64,000 nt of DNA from a virus (taxonomy: Duplodnaviria; Heunggongvirae; Uroviricota; Caudoviricetes), in the IMG/VR virus record IMGVR_UViG_3300042691_028414; one strand, 5' to 3'. A model generated the notes under the pieces. That model ran no database searches. It saw only the letters and a program-made list of their open reading frames with translations, and was not told the DNA's origin. This document shows, piece after piece, positions 8,726-18,676 of this stretch; positions within the stretch are counted from its first letter, which is position 1; every line of letters starts with the position of its first letter. A program made the translations under genes and the position numbers.

Positions 8726-10986
8726 TACTGTCCTTGGAATATATAACTATTATCATCTTGGAATACAAACTCAAAGTCGTCTTGGAAAACTTTTTGATAT
8801 ACTCCACATTCCACACAAGATATGTCATAATCTATTAACAAATTAATTATTACTCTTGTGTCATCCAATTGTGTTGTTACCGTAGGTTGACAAGTTGTGC
8901 CTCCAGTTAAACAACCACTCTTAATTATTATTTTATTAGTTTCAATATTGGTTTCAACCGAAGTAATTCCCGAAAAACCATATAAAGAAGTTTTAATTTC
9001 ATTAACCCATTCCTCATCTGTTGGGTAATCATCAAGTCCTGTTGATGTATAAAATACGGTTTGAGAATTAACACCATTTACTGTCACATCAAGCGTAAAA
9101 ATAGCAGAATTTAATATACAATTAGTATCTCCCGATGTTAAATCAAAGAAACCTTCATTTAACATTTGTTGTATACCTCTTCTACCAAGAGTACCACTAT
9201 TTTGGAAATTATTAGAACATACTCTATATGTTTGATAACTACTATATAGTACTGTTCCAAATAATTCAATCGTTTTAATTAATGCACATCCATTATCATC
9301 AATTACCTCTAATGAATATGTTCCCGCAGTTAAACCAGTCACGGTAGTTCCTGTTTGTCCATTAACATTAGAACTCCAATTTAAAATAAACGGTGGCTCC
9401 CCACTTGTTATTAATACATCAAGTTCTCCATCATTCCCACTTATAGGTTGTGTAGCAAAAAAATCAAAATACACTGGAGACGATCCTGTAATATATACCG
9501 TTTCAATTTGTTGACAACCTCCTGAATCCGTTACAGTTACATCATAAAATCCTGGAGATAAATTACTAAATGTTGATACGGGTCCAGGTGGAAATCCGGT
9601 GATTTGATAGGTATATGGTAGTGTACCCCCACTTGACGCTAAAATCTGTATTGTCCCATTATTAAAACCACAAGTTGTACCTGTGGTATTTGCGGTAATT
9701 GTATATAAATTAGTATTATTTATTATTGTTGTTGCGGTAAATACACAAGAACCTCCACTAATCAAAATAGTATATGTATCCGATGATAATGGTGGCGAAT
9801 GATAATTATTACCTTCAGTTGATGTAGATACAGTATTACCTAAAGAATTTATTAAAGTGTAAACATATGTACCAACATTAGAACCACCATTTAATTCAAT
9901 AAAAATTTGTCCGTCACTATTATTACAATTTGAATTAACCGTACTAAGATTAAGAATTGAGAATCCGTTAGGTGTTAATAATGTTGTTGTTTGTGAGCTA
10001 GTACATAATCCAGCATCGGTAACATTAACAGTAAAATCACCTGAAGATAACCCCGTAAATGTATAACTATCTGAGAATGAAATTGCGACACTACCATTTG
10101 ATCCTGAATAATAGAAAGGTGATGTCCCTCCTGTAAGTTGGACTGTAACCTCCCCGTCATTTGAGAAACAACTTGGTGACACAATAGTAAAATTAACAAT
10201 ACCAACAGGTAACACTTGGTTCACCGTAATATTTGTTAGTGTTTTTGAACATCCTAACGAATCCGTCATAGTCACACTATAAACACCGCTCGTTAATCCT
10301 GTAACTGTAGAACCTGTTTGTCCATTCGCATTACTACTCCAACTATATGTATATGGTGATGTTCCCGTCTGTCCTGTAACAATTATCTTCCCACTTCCAT
10401 CAAGTGCAACACAACTACCATCATTTATAACATAAACACCAAAATCAACCGTTGTTGAGGATTTTACAATACAACTTTCACTTTTCCCAGTACATCCACC
10501 TCCATCATTTCCGATAACATAATATGTACCACCTGATAATGAATTAAAAGTATAACTACCAAGGGTTGTTGCACCACTTGATTGATACCCATTTGTTGTT
10601 TCATATAGAAAAACTTCTCCACCCCCATAATCAACTGAGAATGTTGAGGTTAAAGATCCGTTATTATTACCACAAGTTGTATTTGTTGTTGACGATATTG
10701 ATAAACAACTACCTGTAGATATATTAAAATTTATTATTGCGGATGAAGGTCCTGGACTTAAACAAGAATCCGTAATTTCCAAACTATATGAACCACCAGT
10801 TAAACCACTAAAATAATATGAAGTAGTAGACGCAGAAGTCGGTAACAAACCTGATGTGGTTAATTCCATTACAGAATATGGAGGAGCGGTACTTCCTGTA
10901 ATATCAAATGATACTACTCCAGCACCTATATTAGAGCAATCTCCGCTTACAAAATAATTATACACATATGGTAAACCACAACTCAT
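8725..10986 (-). CDS. SprB-like repeat protein (putative virion appendage/adhesin)
   Basis: Several G(T)xPYTYxW...G(L)xxGxYxVxxTDxxGC repeats, e.g. GTSPYTYSWSS...GLTSGVYSVTMTDSLGC and GLTAGTYSLEVIDDNGC. Confidence 0.7.
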   Translation of the reverse strand: MSCGLPYVYNYFVSGDCSNIGAGVVSFDITGSTAPPYSVMELTTSGLLPTSASTTSYYFSGLTGGSYSLEITDSCLSPGPSSAIINFNISTGSCLSISSTTNTTCGNNNGSLTSTFSVDYGGGEVFLYETTNGYQSSGATTLGSYTFNSLSGGTYYVIGNDGGGCTGKSESCIVKSSTTVDFGVYVINDGSCVALDGSGKIIVTGQTGTSPYTYSWSSNANGQTGSTVTGLTSGVYSVTMTDSLGCSKTLTNITVNQVLPVGIVNFTIVSPSCFSNDGEVTVQLTGGTSPFYYSGSNGSVAISFSDSYTFTGLSSGDFTVNVTDAGLCTSSQTTTLLTPNGFSILNLSTVNSNCNNSDGQIFIELNGGSNVGTYVYTLINSLGNTVSTSTEGNNYHSPPLSSDTYTILISGGSCVFTATTIINNTNLYTITANTTGTTCGFNNGTIQILASSGGTLPYTYQITGFPPGPVSTFSNLSPGFYDVTVTDSGGCQQIETVYITGSSPVYFDFFATQPISGNDGELDVLITSGEPPFILNWSSNVNGQTGTTVTGLTAGTYSLEVIDDNGCALIKTIELFGTVLYSSYQTYRVCSNNFQNSGTLGRRGIQQMLNEGFFDLTSGDTNCILNSAIFTLDVTVNGVNSQTVFYTSTGLDDYPTDEEWVNEIKTSLYGFSGITSVETNIETNKIIIKSGCLTGGTTCQPTVTTQLDDTRVIINLLIDYDISCVECGVYQKVFQDDFEFVFQDDNSYIFQGQ

Positions 10987-13900
10987 TAGTTACATAGTAA
11001 ATTAAAATTTATTCCAACATTAAGTTCAAAACTTTGAACTACGCTTAATGGGATACAAGTACTATTAAATACAGTAAAACTTGTTTCATCATCATTTAAA
11101 TAATAACTTAACCCATATGTTTGTAAATCAACAAAACTTGTTTGTATTGCATCAACCCAAGTTTGTCCGCTTGGTACAGATAATGGGTTATTATATCCAA
11201 CCCCATTGAAGAATGGGTAGTTAATAATATCATTTCCATTAAATTTAACATTCACATACCAAGTAGTTTGTAACGTATTCATATCACAATCACCAAATGT
11301 TAAACCGTTTGATGATAGATAACCATTTAACATATCACCAAGAACATTACCAAATGAATTAATATAAGGATTTGTATCCCAAGGATACACTGAACAACTT
11401 ACCGTTTGGATTGGACAATCGTAGGTAAATAATTGCCCCACTAATGTACATGGGTTACAAGGTACAAGTACTAATTGACAACCCATCTGTCTTCTCCACA
11501 CATATTTTTGCCTGTGGAATATTGAATTTTCGTACTTTGTACCGGCATTCCATATTGTTGTTGCCGGAACCATTTGTTCAATTAATCTAATCCAATAATC
11601 CCCAATACCATTTACATAATCTATCATTGTCTGATAAGTAAAATTGTCGTTTTTAATTCCCGCCAATTCTAGTGATTCAAGATATTTCCAATAAATTGAC
11701 TGAAGTGTCGGATAACCTCCCGTCTTTCCATCAGTAATAAATTGTCTATTTCTAACATTAATTGTGTTATGCCAAAAACTTTGAGCAAATTCAAAAAATG
11801 TTTTTTGTTTTGGTTTTGGTATAATTTCAGTCCAATCTATTCCCCCTCTTTGTGGGTATGGTGTGTTAGGATTTGGGTTACAGTATGTTGGTGCAATATA
11901 ATTCAATCCTTCTTCAGGTATTGGGTAATTATATTGTCGTGACATATTCCAAACATCGTAAACAAGTCCCTGAGCTGGATTCATAAAAATGTCAATATTT
12001 TTAACATTCAACACTAATCTATCATCATCAGTAGGGTAATAAGCTGTAAATCCACCATCAGTACTTCTCCTAATAATTTCATTATTTACCACCCAACTTT
12101 TTTTATTATCCGCAGTTTTTCGTAATTTAAAACCTAAATCCATATATGGAAATTGTTTAAATCTCTGTAAATATTCTTCCCCGTAATTGAATGGTTGTAA
12201 AGTTGTTTGATAATTTGGGTTTGCACCTGTAAATACACTAGTCGTCAAATCAACTTGTGCCGGCATTCTATGTTGTGGTGTAGATTCTATCCATCCTCCC
12301 CCAATTTGGAAGAAGAAATTATCACTGTCTACAGGCATACTTGGATAACCAAAACTATCTATAGGGTAATCAACTTTGGTTACTGTAATATCTTGAGTTA
12401 CAGTATTTGTTGTGAATCCCGTATACTGAACACCCATAATTGAATATATGTCGGTAGTATCCAATACAGGTATATCCTGTACATATGTACCTCCCGATAT
12501 TTGAGTATATTGTTCCCCAAATTGAGTTAAATTTATTCTCTGATCAGCAACATACACATATTCATTAAATTCGGTAATGGCATCAGGAGCACCAATCAAT
12601 CTCAACAACATTTCAATTGATTTTCTTGTTCCTTTTGACTTAAATAGATATGCGGAATTTAATATTAAATTTCTATAATATTGATAATTAATTTCTTCAG
12701 GAGTTTGTCCTTTAGAAAGTCCTGTAAATGTATTTTCCCCACTTGAGAATACAGAATCTAATAATTGTTCGTTAGTGATTGGTGAAATATTATCTTTCCA
12801 CCCTAAAGTTTGTGCTAAATTTTTTAAAAGTTGTGATGGGATATCATTTTTAACGGTATAATGAACTGAATTCATATACGCTAAAGCACCTATGAATTTT
12901 TTTGTTTCATCAAAACTTCTACCATATATTTGTAATATTTTTTCTACTTTTTGATCCGATGTATCAAATTCTTTTATCGCACCTGTAGTTAAAAATCTAG
13001 AAATTAAATTTGTTCTATATTCATCTAAATTTTCCGCAACACTACTTAATTTTAATAGATAACTATTAAAATCATTACCACTAATACTTAAATTCCAAAT
13101 ACCACTTAATGGGAAAATTACAACTTCTTGAGTGATAGTATAAGTACCATCATCATTTTCAATTGGTTTATTAAAATAAGCACTATATTTTGGTGAAATT
13201 TCTCTATTTAATAAAAAGTTTTCAACTTGATCAAACTCCTCATTGAAGACTTTGTTAACATAGAAGTCTGTTGGTCTTATTATTATTGTTTTAAAAATCT
13301 CGGATTGTCCATTAAACGGGTTTCCTTCAATATACAATTTTAATGTTGTATCTGTGTCTGTTGTTGGTACTACTGTATTAATTGGGTAATTTACCCCATC
13401 AATAATAACCGTATATTTTGAGTATTCCACCGTTAAATTTCTCAATGGAGATACTGTAATCTCTCTTAATTGTAAGTTTCTTGTTGCATTAATACTAAAA
13501 TCAATGTCAAACGGATTACGAATAAGATATAATGGAATTTCAAAATATGTCTCATTTTCAATAACATCATACGATGAGGTTGTAACTGTTTGTCCTGTTA
13601 CAAATCTTGTTGTTGATGAAAATATCTCTAACGCCGCAGGAAAGTAATTAATAATTTTAGTTATGGATACTGAAAATCTTTTAGCCAAAGAACCATAAAT
13701 TGTAAAATTAGTAATTTCACTTAAATCATAATTTGGGTATACTTGAAAATTTTTATTTACCAATAATTTTGATTGTTCAATATCGGTAATATTCATTGAT
13801 TCCAAAGAAATTGGATCGGAAAATGATCCAATTGAGAAATTTCTATTAACTTTTTCGGTCACATTGGTAGTGAACTCAAAATTTGCTTGAGTAAAACCTC

Positions 13901-13991
13901 CACCGTCAACTAATTGAAATCCGACAAGATTGTCAGAAAAACTTCCTTCTCCGCTAGCCTGTGGTGGGCAAGTATACTTAATAATTGCCAT
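10986..13991 (-). CDS. Baseplate wedge-like protein (P2 gpI / T4 gp7-like segment)
   Basis: YLFKSKGTRKSIEMLLRLIG motif and LLKNLAQTLGW preceded by a helical region, typical of this wedge family; position in baseplate cluster. Confidence 0.55.
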   Translation of the reverse strand: MAIIKYTCPPQASGEGSFSDNLVGFQLVDGGGFTQANFEFTTNVTEKVNRNFSIGSFSDPISLESMNITDIEQSKLLVNKNFQVYPNYDLSEITNFTIYGSLAKRFSVSITKIINYFPAALEIFSSTTRFVTGQTVTTSSYDVIENETYFEIPLYLIRNPFDIDFSINATRNLQLREITVSPLRNLTVEYSKYTVIIDGVNYPINTVVPTTDTDTTLKLYIEGNPFNGQSEIFKTIIIRPTDFYVNKVFNEEFDQVENFLLNREISPKYSAYFNKPIENDDGTYTITQEVVIFPLSGIWNLSISGNDFNSYLLKLSSVAENLDEYRTNLISRFLTTGAIKEFDTSDQKVEKILQIYGRSFDETKKFIGALAYMNSVHYTVKNDIPSQLLKNLAQTLGWKDNISPITNEQLLDSVFSSGENTFTGLSKGQTPEEINYQYYRNLILNSAYLFKSKGTRKSIEMLLRLIGAPDAITEFNEYVYVADQRINLTQFGEQYTQISGGTYVQDIPVLDTTDIYSIMGVQYTGFTTNTVTQDITVTKVDYPIDSFGYPSMPVDSDNFFFQIGGGWIESTPQHRMPAQVDLTTSVFTGANPNYQTTLQPFNYGEEYLQRFKQFPYMDLGFKLRKTADNKKSWVVNNEIIRRSTDGGFTAYYPTDDDRLVLNVKNIDIFMNPAQGLVYDVWNMSRQYNYPIPEEGLNYIAPTYCNPNPNTPYPQRGGIDWTEIIPKPKQKTFFEFAQSFWHNTINVRNRQFITDGKTGGYPTLQSIYWKYLESLELAGIKNDNFTYQTMIDYVNGIGDYWIRLIEQMVPATTIWNAGTKYENSIFHRQKYVWRRQMGCQLVLVPCNPCTLVGQLFTYDCPIQTVSCSVYPWDTNPYINSFGNVLGDMLNGYLSSNGLTFGDCDMNTLQTTWYVNVKFNGNDIINYPFFNGVGYNNPLSVPSGQTWVDAIQTSFVDLQTYGLSYYLNDDETSFTVFNSTCIPLSVVQSFELNVGINFNLLCN

Positions 13992-14899
13992 TATCCTGTT
14001 ATATTTGTAAAGTTTTTAGTAAAATCAATATTATTACCTCTGTCTTGTCTAACTTCATAAAGAAGTTCATTAAACTGATCTCTAATTTCGTATAAGTTGT
14101 ATTGTTTGTATATATTATTTTCACTGTCGTAAATAGTGTAAATACCATCATCAATTGACTTAGTTTGATTCCCATAAAGAGCAAGTGCCAATGTTGATAT
14201 ATCGTGCTCAACAATCTCAATTTCAGTGGTTACCGGATTAAAATATGTATTACTAATAACAATATCTTGATTTGGTTGTCCAATGAATGGTGTTGCGTTT
14301 GGTTTATTAGTTGGTGATGATGATGGTGAAAGCGTACAAAAAATTAAATTAGTTGTTCCTTCAGTATATCTATATCTAATTGATTTTTGTGATGTATTTG
14401 TAAGATTTTGTATTACTGGCTCACAATAAAAAGATGAGGTTATCATCCTAAAAAAGTTCGGTATCTTTGTTCCATCAGAATTTAAATATTCAACTCTAAA
14501 TCCAATTAAACCTTGATTAATAAAATTATTCCTAAATTGTGTTGGGACATTATTAACATCAATAACAATCCCTTTAACATTTGGTAATGCCGATAAAATA
14601 CCACAATCTGTAATTCTAGTTCTTATCTCTGCCGGTCTAATATATAATGTATATATCCCTAATTTATTGAATACATCCGCAGGAAGTTTTAAGTTGTATA
14701 ATCCACCTAAAATCTCAACATCCGCATTACCACCAGTATTGTTATTATTAAAATAAGGTCGTAATATTGTTTTTGCATCCAATTTTGTTAAAACGAAATT
14801 ATCAGTATCGTCTCTACTTGGAGTGTAATTCAAAATGATGTCTACATCATCAGGACTAACATCTGCCGGTCTAATTGTTCCGTAACTACCTGTTGCCAC
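13991..14899 (-). CDS. Putative baseplate structural protein
   Basis: 302-aa ORF with GTG start, TATTTAT motif upstream, coupled to the next gene; no specific motif recognised. Confidence 0.5.
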   Translation of the reverse strand: MATGSYGTIRPADVSPDDVDIILNYTPSRDDTDNFVLTKLDAKTILRPYFNNNNTGGNADVEILGGLYNLKLPADVFNKLGIYTLYIRPAEIRTRITDCGILSALPNVKGIVIDVNNVPTQFRNNFINQGLIGFRVEYLNSDGTKIPNFFRMITSSFYCEPVIQNLTNTSQKSIRYRYTEGTTNLIFCTLSPSSSPTNKPNATPFIGQPNQDIVISNTYFNPVTTEIEIVEHDISTLALALYGNQTKSIDDGIYTIYDSENNIYKQYNLYEIRDQFNELLYEVRQDRGNNIDFTKNFTNITG

Positions 14900-14948
14900 T
14901 ATTAATATCTTTTATATTGTTTATCGTTTTAAATATAAATACTTAAAA

Positions 14949-16121
14949 TCATTGTTTTTCCACATTAAAAAACCCATATCCATATTTGGTTAAGTCACCA
15001 ACATTATCAACTTCACCAAGTCTTTCAATATATTCTAATGCAGACATTTTACCTCTTTCTATGAATATATTGGACTGTATTTCGGGTTGATCAATGACAT
15101 TAATTAATGCCTCATTTTTTGTTAATGCCGACAATACCAAATCATCTTGAGTGAAACCTGAAGACTGTATTACATATAATGTTGTACCATCAGGATAGTC
15201 ATAATAATCAACACCATCTATCGTATATGAAACATAAGTTCCACTTGGGTCAGGACCCCAATATGTACCAACACTATTTGATGTTCCTGTCACTTGAATG
15301 CCAGGTTTAAACTTCCCTTCAGCTAATAAATATTTAGGTCCATACTGAGCTAAGTCATTTATAGATGATTGGGTATATCCTGTGATTGTGAATGGTACTG
15401 TGGTGTAATTATAACTATAGAAATCATCTATATTTGTATTAGAATCACCACTAAATATATAATCATAATTAAATGAAGTTGCCGACCAATTACCACCCGC
15501 AGGTGTAAATGTTGCGACACCAAACGGATCTAAATTAGGTACAAAAACAAACGGTACAGTTATTGTTTTTGATACTTGGGATATTCCCCAAGGTGATGTC
15601 GCAGTCATCGTTATTGTGTACTGACCATTACCTATTGGGTAACTATGTGATAATGGTGCCGTTCCTGTTATTGTCTGAACTGTTGACCCATCACCCCAAT
15701 CTACCTTAAATGTTGTTAATTCTAAAAACTTTTTTAACTCTAAATCTGAAGTATTATAAAAGTAATAGGTGTATGGACTACCTGTCGTTGCAGAGAACAT
15801 AAAGTTGGTGATAACTTCTTTTTGTAATATCGCACCATCAAAAACAGAATAATAACCGTAATCCACTCCTGTTTGAGTTAAGAGAATCGGTATAGTTAAT
15901 CCTGTTAAAATTGATGTTCCTCCAGACGCTCCTGACAGAACATATGTCATTCCCGTATAAACACCTGTTGATCCTGTTAATGTATTCTCAGTTATTGCAG
16001 TTATTGGGCAACAAGGATCAACATCATAAATATAATCAGTACCACCAGTATAATTTACCGTAATTAAATCCCCTTTTATATTTTCGGGTGATATTTTAAA
16101 ATAATACTTTTGCTCAACCAT
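14949..16121 (-). CDS. Structural protein with PKD-like domain
   Basis: FKVDWGDGSTVQ...PLSHSYP...YTITMTA matches the PKD WDFGDG / HxY pattern. Confidence 0.55.
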   Translation of the reverse strand: MVEQKYYFKISPENIKGDLITVNYTGGTDYIYDVDPCCPITAITENTLTGSTGVYTGMTYVLSGASGGTSILTGLTIPILLTQTGVDYGYYSVFDGAILQKEVITNFMFSATTGSPYTYYFYNTSDLELKKFLELTTFKVDWGDGSTVQTITGTAPLSHSYPIGNGQYTITMTATSPWGISQVSKTITVPFVFVPNLDPFGVATFTPAGGNWSATSFNYDYIFSGDSNTNIDDFYSYNYTTVPFTITGYTQSSINDLAQYGPKYLLAEGKFKPGIQVTGTSNSVGTYWGPDPSGTYVSYTIDGVDYYDYPDGTTLYVIQSSGFTQDDLVLSALTKNEALINVIDQPEIQSNIFIERGKMSALEYIERLGEVDNVGDLTKYGYGFFNVEKQ

Positions 16122-16122
16122 T

Positions 16123-16941
16123 TTATACAGGATTTACATATTCAAACCAAATAATTGGGTTATTTTCCAACCCCACTCTTTGTACATTATTATCAGGTCG
16201 GTAAACCTGATAAGTTTTATTGTTATAATTTAAATTAACTTTATAATAAAAATAATTATCACCATTAAATGTGTACGGATTTGGTATTTGGAACTGTGGT
16301 TGATTAACCATAGTTGCGTAAGTCCCTGTTCTTCCATTAAAGAACTTTGCCGACATATAAAATTCTGTTAAATCTATAAAGTCTCTCTTTCTTAACCAAT
16401 ATATAAAAAACCCTTCCTTATCACCAATAAAATCCAATCTCATTGTTGGTTTTTTAACATCAACATTTGGTAATAATGTAGATATTGAAACCGACTCTGT
16501 AAACCCTTGTTGTACAGGTAAAATTATGGTAAAATATATTTTTTGACTTATTGGATCCGCAGTGTCATAAAAATCTAATTTAAAAAATGATTTAGTGAAC
16601 GGATTACTATAATAGTATATTTCTTTCTCAGTAAACCCAACTGTAGTATAACTACTCACATAGTTAGAAATATTTGCCGATGGTATATTTTGAGGTAGCC
16701 CGTTATAAAAATAAAACTCATAATTTAACGAAGTTTTTAAAACATTTAATATATCGTAATTATCATGTGAAAATCTATCAACTTCAAAATCATTTGGTAT
16801 TCCAACTATCTCACCTAAAATGGTTTTTTCATAATCTTCAATACCACCATCTCTTCCTCCAAAGTCCCACTTAAGTTCAATTGGAATGTCAATTTGTTTG
16901 TCATTTGCGGGGATTACTATCTTATATTTATTCACACTCAT
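16123..16941 (-). CDS. Hypothetical structural protein
   Basis: 272-aa ORF, coupled within the structural operon. Confidence 0.5.
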   Translation of the reverse strand: MSVNKYKIVIPANDKQIDIPIELKWDFGGRDGGIEDYEKTILGEIVGIPNDFEVDRFSHDNYDILNVLKTSLNYEFYFYNGLPQNIPSANISNYVSSYTTVGFTEKEIYYYSNPFTKSFFKLDFYDTADPISQKIYFTIILPVQQGFTESVSISTLLPNVDVKKPTMRLDFIGDKEGFFIYWLRKRDFIDLTEFYMSAKFFNGRTGTYATMVNQPQFQIPNPYTFNGDNYFYYKVNLNYNNKTYQVYRPDNNVQRVGLENNPIIWFEYVNPV

Positions 16942-18676
16942 CTATTGTAGGTTCTGCAATTTCGTTTATGAATTGGTTACCAATTTGACTACCTTCAGGT
17001 ATTAATCTAAATATGTTTTCAACAAACGGATAATGTTTTCCATTAATAAATGGGAAGTCAACACCAATACCACTTGCATCAATATATCCAAAAGGATATA
17101 AATCTCTCCATCTAAAACTATTTGATAAATTTGAATAGAACGAATAATCGGGTACCCCAACGATTAATTGAGCATCACCTTCTTCAATATAATCAGAAAA
17201 TCTTCTGATTACTACAGTTTTATGTGGTTGATAATAGTATCCTAATTGATTTGTATTATTAGATGTAGTATTACCAGTTAAATTAAAATATGTTGGGTTA
17301 AATGTAAATTTGTGTAGAATATTTGATATTACTCTTTCTTCTTGGTTGTATGCATTAAATTCACAGTAATCTCCGTCAACTATATCACCTATTTGTAAAT
17401 TTTCATTATAAACAAAAGGTCCAACAGGTGGTGTAGTTTGACTAAAATAAATACCTATTGGTAAATTAGCATCTGACGATACATTATTTATATCCCACCA
17501 AGGTGAAGGTTCATTATTAACTAATGGTAGGTTGAATGTAAATCCTTCCTTTAATGGGTTTGTCCACCCAAAATAACCTTTCCATATAGTAGTGAAGTAT
17601 AATTCACTTAAAGGTCGTTTTTGATTATCAATTAATCCTGTTATATCAATGTCAGAATTAAATGTTAATGTGTAAGATTGATTACCTTCCTTAACAGATG
17701 TTCTTACAAGATTATTTGGGGTTAAAACTGCAGGTTCTAACTTACTTTTTGATGTAAATATATTTTGTTCAAATCCGGCTTTAACCAACACTGCGTTATC
17801 AGAACTTGTGAGTATTTTATGTCTTCTCACATAATAAGTTGACATTGTTTCCCCTGAATTCGCATCATCCAATACTTTTTTAAAAGTACCAGTAACTCCC
17901 TGATTAAATGTTGTACCGATATAACCTATGTTGTCTATGTTGAAAATGTACTCTTCACTACCAAACCCCGTATCACCTAAACTAGATACTAAAAACAACT
18001 GATCTCCAAAATAATCAAAAGATAAATAAACATAATCCCCTATATTTAACCCATGTGGCATAACACATCTAAAAGATATAACTCTTGTATTGTCATTACT
18101 TCCAACAACAATAATAAATGGGATACCATCAGATGCCACCCACGACCAAGATGTTGTTGTTTGTTGATCAACCGCTTCTAATTGTTTGTTTGGGTTATTA
18201 TCATAAGCATAACTCATGTAATGAGTCCAATTATATGTAGTCGCACTTTTATTAACAAAAGTCAAATGATTATTTGGGGGTTGTGTGTATCCAGGATTAT
18301 TATTATCCGTTCTAATAAAATCAAATTCAAAATACTGAGGATAACCATCCCAAGGTAAATTTGGGTTTACAGTTGCGGTAACCGCATTTTGTATTGCGTT
18401 TGCATAAAACATATTATTTTTAAACGGAGTATAGTTTGTAGATCCAACATAATTATTTTTAAATATGAATGAAAATTTACAAGTAGGTCTAAAAATTTGA
18501 GACGCTTCCCTTTCATTAATATAAAGTTGTTGTAAATTTACATCCGCAGTTCTATCAAATTCAATATTTTCTCTTTGTGTCTGTTCTAATGTTATATTAG
18601 ATAGCATATCAACATTAGGAGAAACTTTATTTCTCAGAGATCCTAAAATAATTCTTGTTTCGTTATCAATACCCAT
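16928..18676 (-). CDS. Hypothetical structural protein
   Basis: 582-aa aromatic/beta-rich ORF overlapping neighbours in the operon. Confidence 0.5.
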   Translation of the reverse strand: MGIDNETRIILGSLRNKVSPNVDMLSNITLEQTQRENIEFDRTADVNLQQLYINEREASQIFRPTCKFSFIFKNNYVGSTNYTPFKNNMFYANAIQNAVTATVNPNLPWDGYPQYFEFDFIRTDNNNPGYTQPPNNHLTFVNKSATTYNWTHYMSYAYDNNPNKQLEAVDQQTTTSWSWVASDGIPFIIVVGSNDNTRVISFRCVMPHGLNIGDYVYLSFDYFGDQLFLVSSLGDTGFGSEEYIFNIDNIGYIGTTFNQGVTGTFKKVLDDANSGETMSTYYVRRHKILTSSDNAVLVKAGFEQNIFTSKSKLEPAVLTPNNLVRTSVKEGNQSYTLTFNSDIDITGLIDNQKRPLSELYFTTIWKGYFGWTNPLKEGFTFNLPLVNNEPSPWWDINNVSSDANLPIGIYFSQTTPPVGPFVYNENLQIGDIVDGDYCEFNAYNQEERVISNILHKFTFNPTYFNLTGNTTSNNTNQLGYYYQPHKTVVIRRFSDYIEEGDAQLIVGVPDYSFYSNLSNSFRWRDLYPFGYIDASGIGVDFPFINGKHYPFVENIFRLIPEGSQIGNQFINEIAEPTIDECE

